From assembly GCA_963751345.1 (NCBI GenBank), contig CAVVUS010000022.1:32001-96000 (forward strand): a stretch of 64,000 bases of DNA. Direction: 5' to 3'. The position numbers were made by a program, and so were the translations under genes. This document shows, in pieces, positions 60,810-64,000 of this stretch. This stretch comes from an uncultured Chloroflexia bacterium (lineage in GTDB: Bacteria > Chloroflexota > Anaerolineae > B4-G1 > SLSP01). The notes below the pieces were generated by a model that worked only from the letters and a program-made list of their open reading frames with translations, had not been told where the DNA came from and searched no databases. Position 1 is the first letter of the stretch, and each line of letters starts with the position of its first letter.

Positions 60810-62544
60810 CTAGGGCGTGGTGGCGCCTTGGCTCAAAGACCAGTCGGTCTCCCCTTGAACTACCACACCGTATTGCTCTGACACACTGTTGCCGTCGCAG
60901 TCCTTTGCCATCAGATCGTAGGTATCCGCAGCGGCAAAGAAGATACGCACGCCACCGGCCGACATCACCTCATACTCGCCCATCTGATCGTCTCCCCAGT
61001 TGTCGCTGGTCTCCGGCGAGATGTACATATAGCAGACGTCCTGGCTGAGATCATTGGTCACACGCACCGGCACGAGGCCCGGGGCCGAGATCTGGATATT
61101 CTGGCTTGTCGAGAACTTCCACGCTGTCGCCATGATTGCCTCATCACAGGCTCGGGCCTGGAAATCATAGCTTCCCGCTGGGACGTCGAACCGGCGGATG
61201 GCGCTCGAAGCGATCGTCTCGTCTGAGGCCAGCCAGTCTTCTCCCCACGAATCGGAATCCGCGGCGGAGATGAAGACATAGCAGACCGGGTAGGGCGACG
61301 AGTTCTGCACGGTGACCTGGATCTGTTCGCCACTCGGAACGAGCGTGGCGGTGGCGAGCTCCGAGCCAGGGGTCGCGGTCGGGGACGCAGGTCCGGCGGT
61401 GGGTGTCTGGGTGGCGGAGGCAGGTGCTGCCGTCGGGCGTGGAGTCTGTGTCGGGGTCTCCGTCGGAGAACGCATTCCCGCAAGTATCGGCCTGCCGATA
61501 AAGTAACCGCCACAGGACAAGCGCTATGCAGAGCAGCACCGCTCCGACGATCCCCAGCCAGAACCCCTTGGGCCGTTGACGCGCCACGGGCGGGCTCCCC
61601 CCGACAGGCTGCACGGGGACACCACCGCCGGTCGGGCGCATCCCCTGCCCCCCAAAGGTTTGCGGCGGAGCCTGGGCAACCTGCGTGCGTGGATATTCGG
61701 TCCGTACGGGCTCCGGCAGTGGACCGGAGACCAGCACGGCGAGCATCTCGCGGGCGGACTGCCACCGCTCACTCACCGAAAGCGCCAGTGCTTTCATCAC
61801 GAGATATTCTGCCTGATTGCTCACGCTGGGAACGAGCTGGCGAATCGGGACGAATTGCTCGGGCATGGCCATCCGCTCGGTGGCGGAGGGGGGCGACTGC
61901 CCCGTCAGGAGATGATAAAGCGTCGCTCCGAGGCTGTAGATATCACTCGGGGGCCCTGTATGGTCCTTGGTAGCGCCATACTGCTCCGGTGGTGCGTATT
62001 CGGGAGTGCCCATGCCGCGCATCACGGTCCGTGTCTGAGGATCGTTGGGATCCCAAAGCTTGACGAGGCCGAAGTCCACCAGCATCACGCCGCCGTCGGG
62101 CTTGAGGATGATGTTCTGTGGCTTGATGTCCCGGTGAACAACCCCGTGGGTGTGGCAATAGTCGAGCGCCTCCAGAAGCTGCCGCGCCCATCCCAGCACC
62201 CTGGTCTCCGACTGGGCTCCCTCCTGGACGACCAAGTCGGCCAGGCTGCGCCCCTCGACGAAATCCATCACCAGATACGATTTGCCGCCTTCGTCAAAGA
62301 AGTCAAAGACGCGCACGAGATTGGGATGGTTGAGGCGGGCAAGCACACCGGCCTCTTGCTCGAATTGGTCGCGCAGGCCGGCCAGGGTCTCCGTGTCAAG
62401 CCCGGGCTGGGGCAACAGTTCCTTCAGTGCAACGGGCACCTTCAGGCGCAGGTCCCAGGCTCGGTACACCGAGCCCATGCCCCCCTGCCCCAGCAGCTTT
62501 ACGATGCGATAGCGCTCTTGTACGACGGTCCCTGTCTCAAGCAT
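60810..62544 (-). CDS. Membrane Ser/Thr protein kinase (Hanks type) with extracellular tandem repeat domain; frameshift near 61515
   Basis: LGQGGMGSVY, VALK, HRDIKPQN, DFG, GTPEYAPPEQ, DIYSLG, then TM, Pro/Thr linker and two ~80-aa repeats (ORF 60810..61520). Confidence 0.92.
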
Positions 62545-62604
62545 TCCTTCTCCCCATTCTATGCTTCAGAACCCGGCCGCGGCCCATAGGTGACCGGACG
62601 CACC

Positions 62605-64000
62605 TCACACCCAGAGAAACACCGGCGCAGGTACGCTTTCCGCAATCCGGGCGCTTTGCGCCCGCCACGCGTCGTGACTCGCAGCGACCAGCAAAGACGG
62701 CGTAGAGGACATCCACCGAGCTTCCGGTGGTGGAGCCGCGGTCACCGACGCTCCCTGGGCCGAAGCGTGAATCTCATCAATGTACACGGTGCCCTGCGAA
62801 GGATTGTCGGCGGGCCTGTCAAGAACGATGGCGTAGAACCGTACCGGGTAGTCTACGACGCCGTTATCCGGACCGTAGACGTGACCCGATGGCCAGCCTA
62901 GGCCAGGAGCCAGCTTTCCTGACATCTGCTGCCACCCCGCGCCACCCACGGATCCCAGATGCACCGACCAGACCTCATCCTGCGCATCGGCAATCCACAG
63001 GTTGAGATACTGTCCCGACCCATCGCCATAGACCCAGGCGCTGAAGGTGTCCGGCTGCCCACCGACCGCGTGAGGTTGCACGAAAACGACGTAATCGTCC
63101 GCCACATCGGGAAAATCGTACGTCAGCTTCCCGGCATATTGGCCGCCATAGACTTGGTCCTGGGTTTGCACAAAGTCACCATACGGTTGATCCCCCCGTC
63201 GCCACGTCCCCCATTGCTCGAAGCCCACAAGCGCCCCCGTCGGGACCGCCTCCGGAGGAGAGGTCGGGGTGGGCGTTGGCGGATTCGAAGTGGCGGTGGG
63301 TGGAGCCGGCGTAGGCGTAGGTGGAACCGGCGTCTCGGATGCATAGGGCACCGGCGTCGCCGTGGGCGGCTCAACTGTAGACGTAGGCATCGGCGTCTCG
63401 GTCGCCTTCCCGCCGCCCGCCGCCGAACTTGCGTCGGACGTGATGGTAGGCGAGGGGACCGCAGGCTCGGTCGCCGTCGCCGAGGGACGCGGTGTCGAGG
63501 TCGCTACGGTGACGGGCGTCGGCTGAGCCGGAGTGGGCACGACTCTCGGTGCTGATCCCACCGGATACGTCGGGCGCCGCAAGCCACGGCGTCCAGCTCG
63601 ACGGGAGGCCAAAATCGACGATGCCGGTCAGTGCCAACACTGCCACCACTCCGACGCCGCCAAAAAGGACGACGGCCATGCCAATCGCCGGTATCCAGAG
63701 TGGGATTCGGCGGCGTGGCTCGCTTCTGGAGCCCGCCGACAAGGGGCCGTACGCTGTCGTCGCTATCGCCGGCCCTGTCGCCTGCGACGGCGGCATCATC
63801 GCGGTTCTCCCGTGGCCGGCAACGGCGGCTTCCTGGGGGGAAGGCGTGTAGTCTCCTCTCCCACCCCGCGCCCCGGGAACGTAGGCCAGCGCCTGCGCCA
63901 TCGCAGCAGCCGATTCCCAGCGCTTGGTTCGCGCAAGCTCCATCGCACGTTCAATTGCCGAGGCCGTCTGCGGAGAGACGCCAGGGGCTACGGACCTTAA
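62605..64000 (-). CDS. C-terminal part of a probable second Ser/Thr kinase with TM, Pro/Thr linker and CBM-like jelly-roll domain; partial, frameshifted
   Basis: Kinase subdomain XI-like (AIERAMEL...RW.SA..M), TM LWIPAIGMAVVLF, PT-rich linker, then GKLTYDF...WVYGDGSG...GWQQM...YIDEI. Confidence 0.7.

Overview
GC-rich bacterial chromosomal window, most consistent with a Chloroflexota (Anaerolineae-like) genome; this is inferred from gene content, not a database search. Many genes, including proS and dnaK, are split by single-base frameshifts, which most likely reflects uncorrected long-read indels. Contents in order: a REP-associated tyrosine transposase (RAYT) with adjacent GTAG-type REP doublets; sugar catabolism genes (three xylose-isomerase-like TIM barrels, Gfo/Idh/MocA, GH32) and a GT39 glycosyltransferase; a stand-alone MraY-like gene; proS; a ROK-like protein that appears circularly permuted; a tightly coupled signalling operon; an orphan amino-methyltransferase; S9 peptidase, prs, YbjN, xth; two GH38 genes; tRNA-Arg(UCU); trmFO; a dnaK-grpE-dnaJ-usp-htrA cluster; GH13; minCDE-rodA-gltX; rsmA with a YabE/RpfB-like gene; SRP RNA; a MoxR-GNAT-DUF58-DUF4129 operon; and two Ser/Thr kinases. 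The best candidate for an undescribed system is the signalling operon at 16.4-23.9 kb. A GAF/PAS histidine kinase is followed by a threonine-synthase-like PLP enzyme fused to two receiver domains, then two single-domain receivers and a GNAT. It has no DNA-binding output, so the phosphorelay appears to control an enzyme whose substrate-site motifs differ from canonical ThrC.
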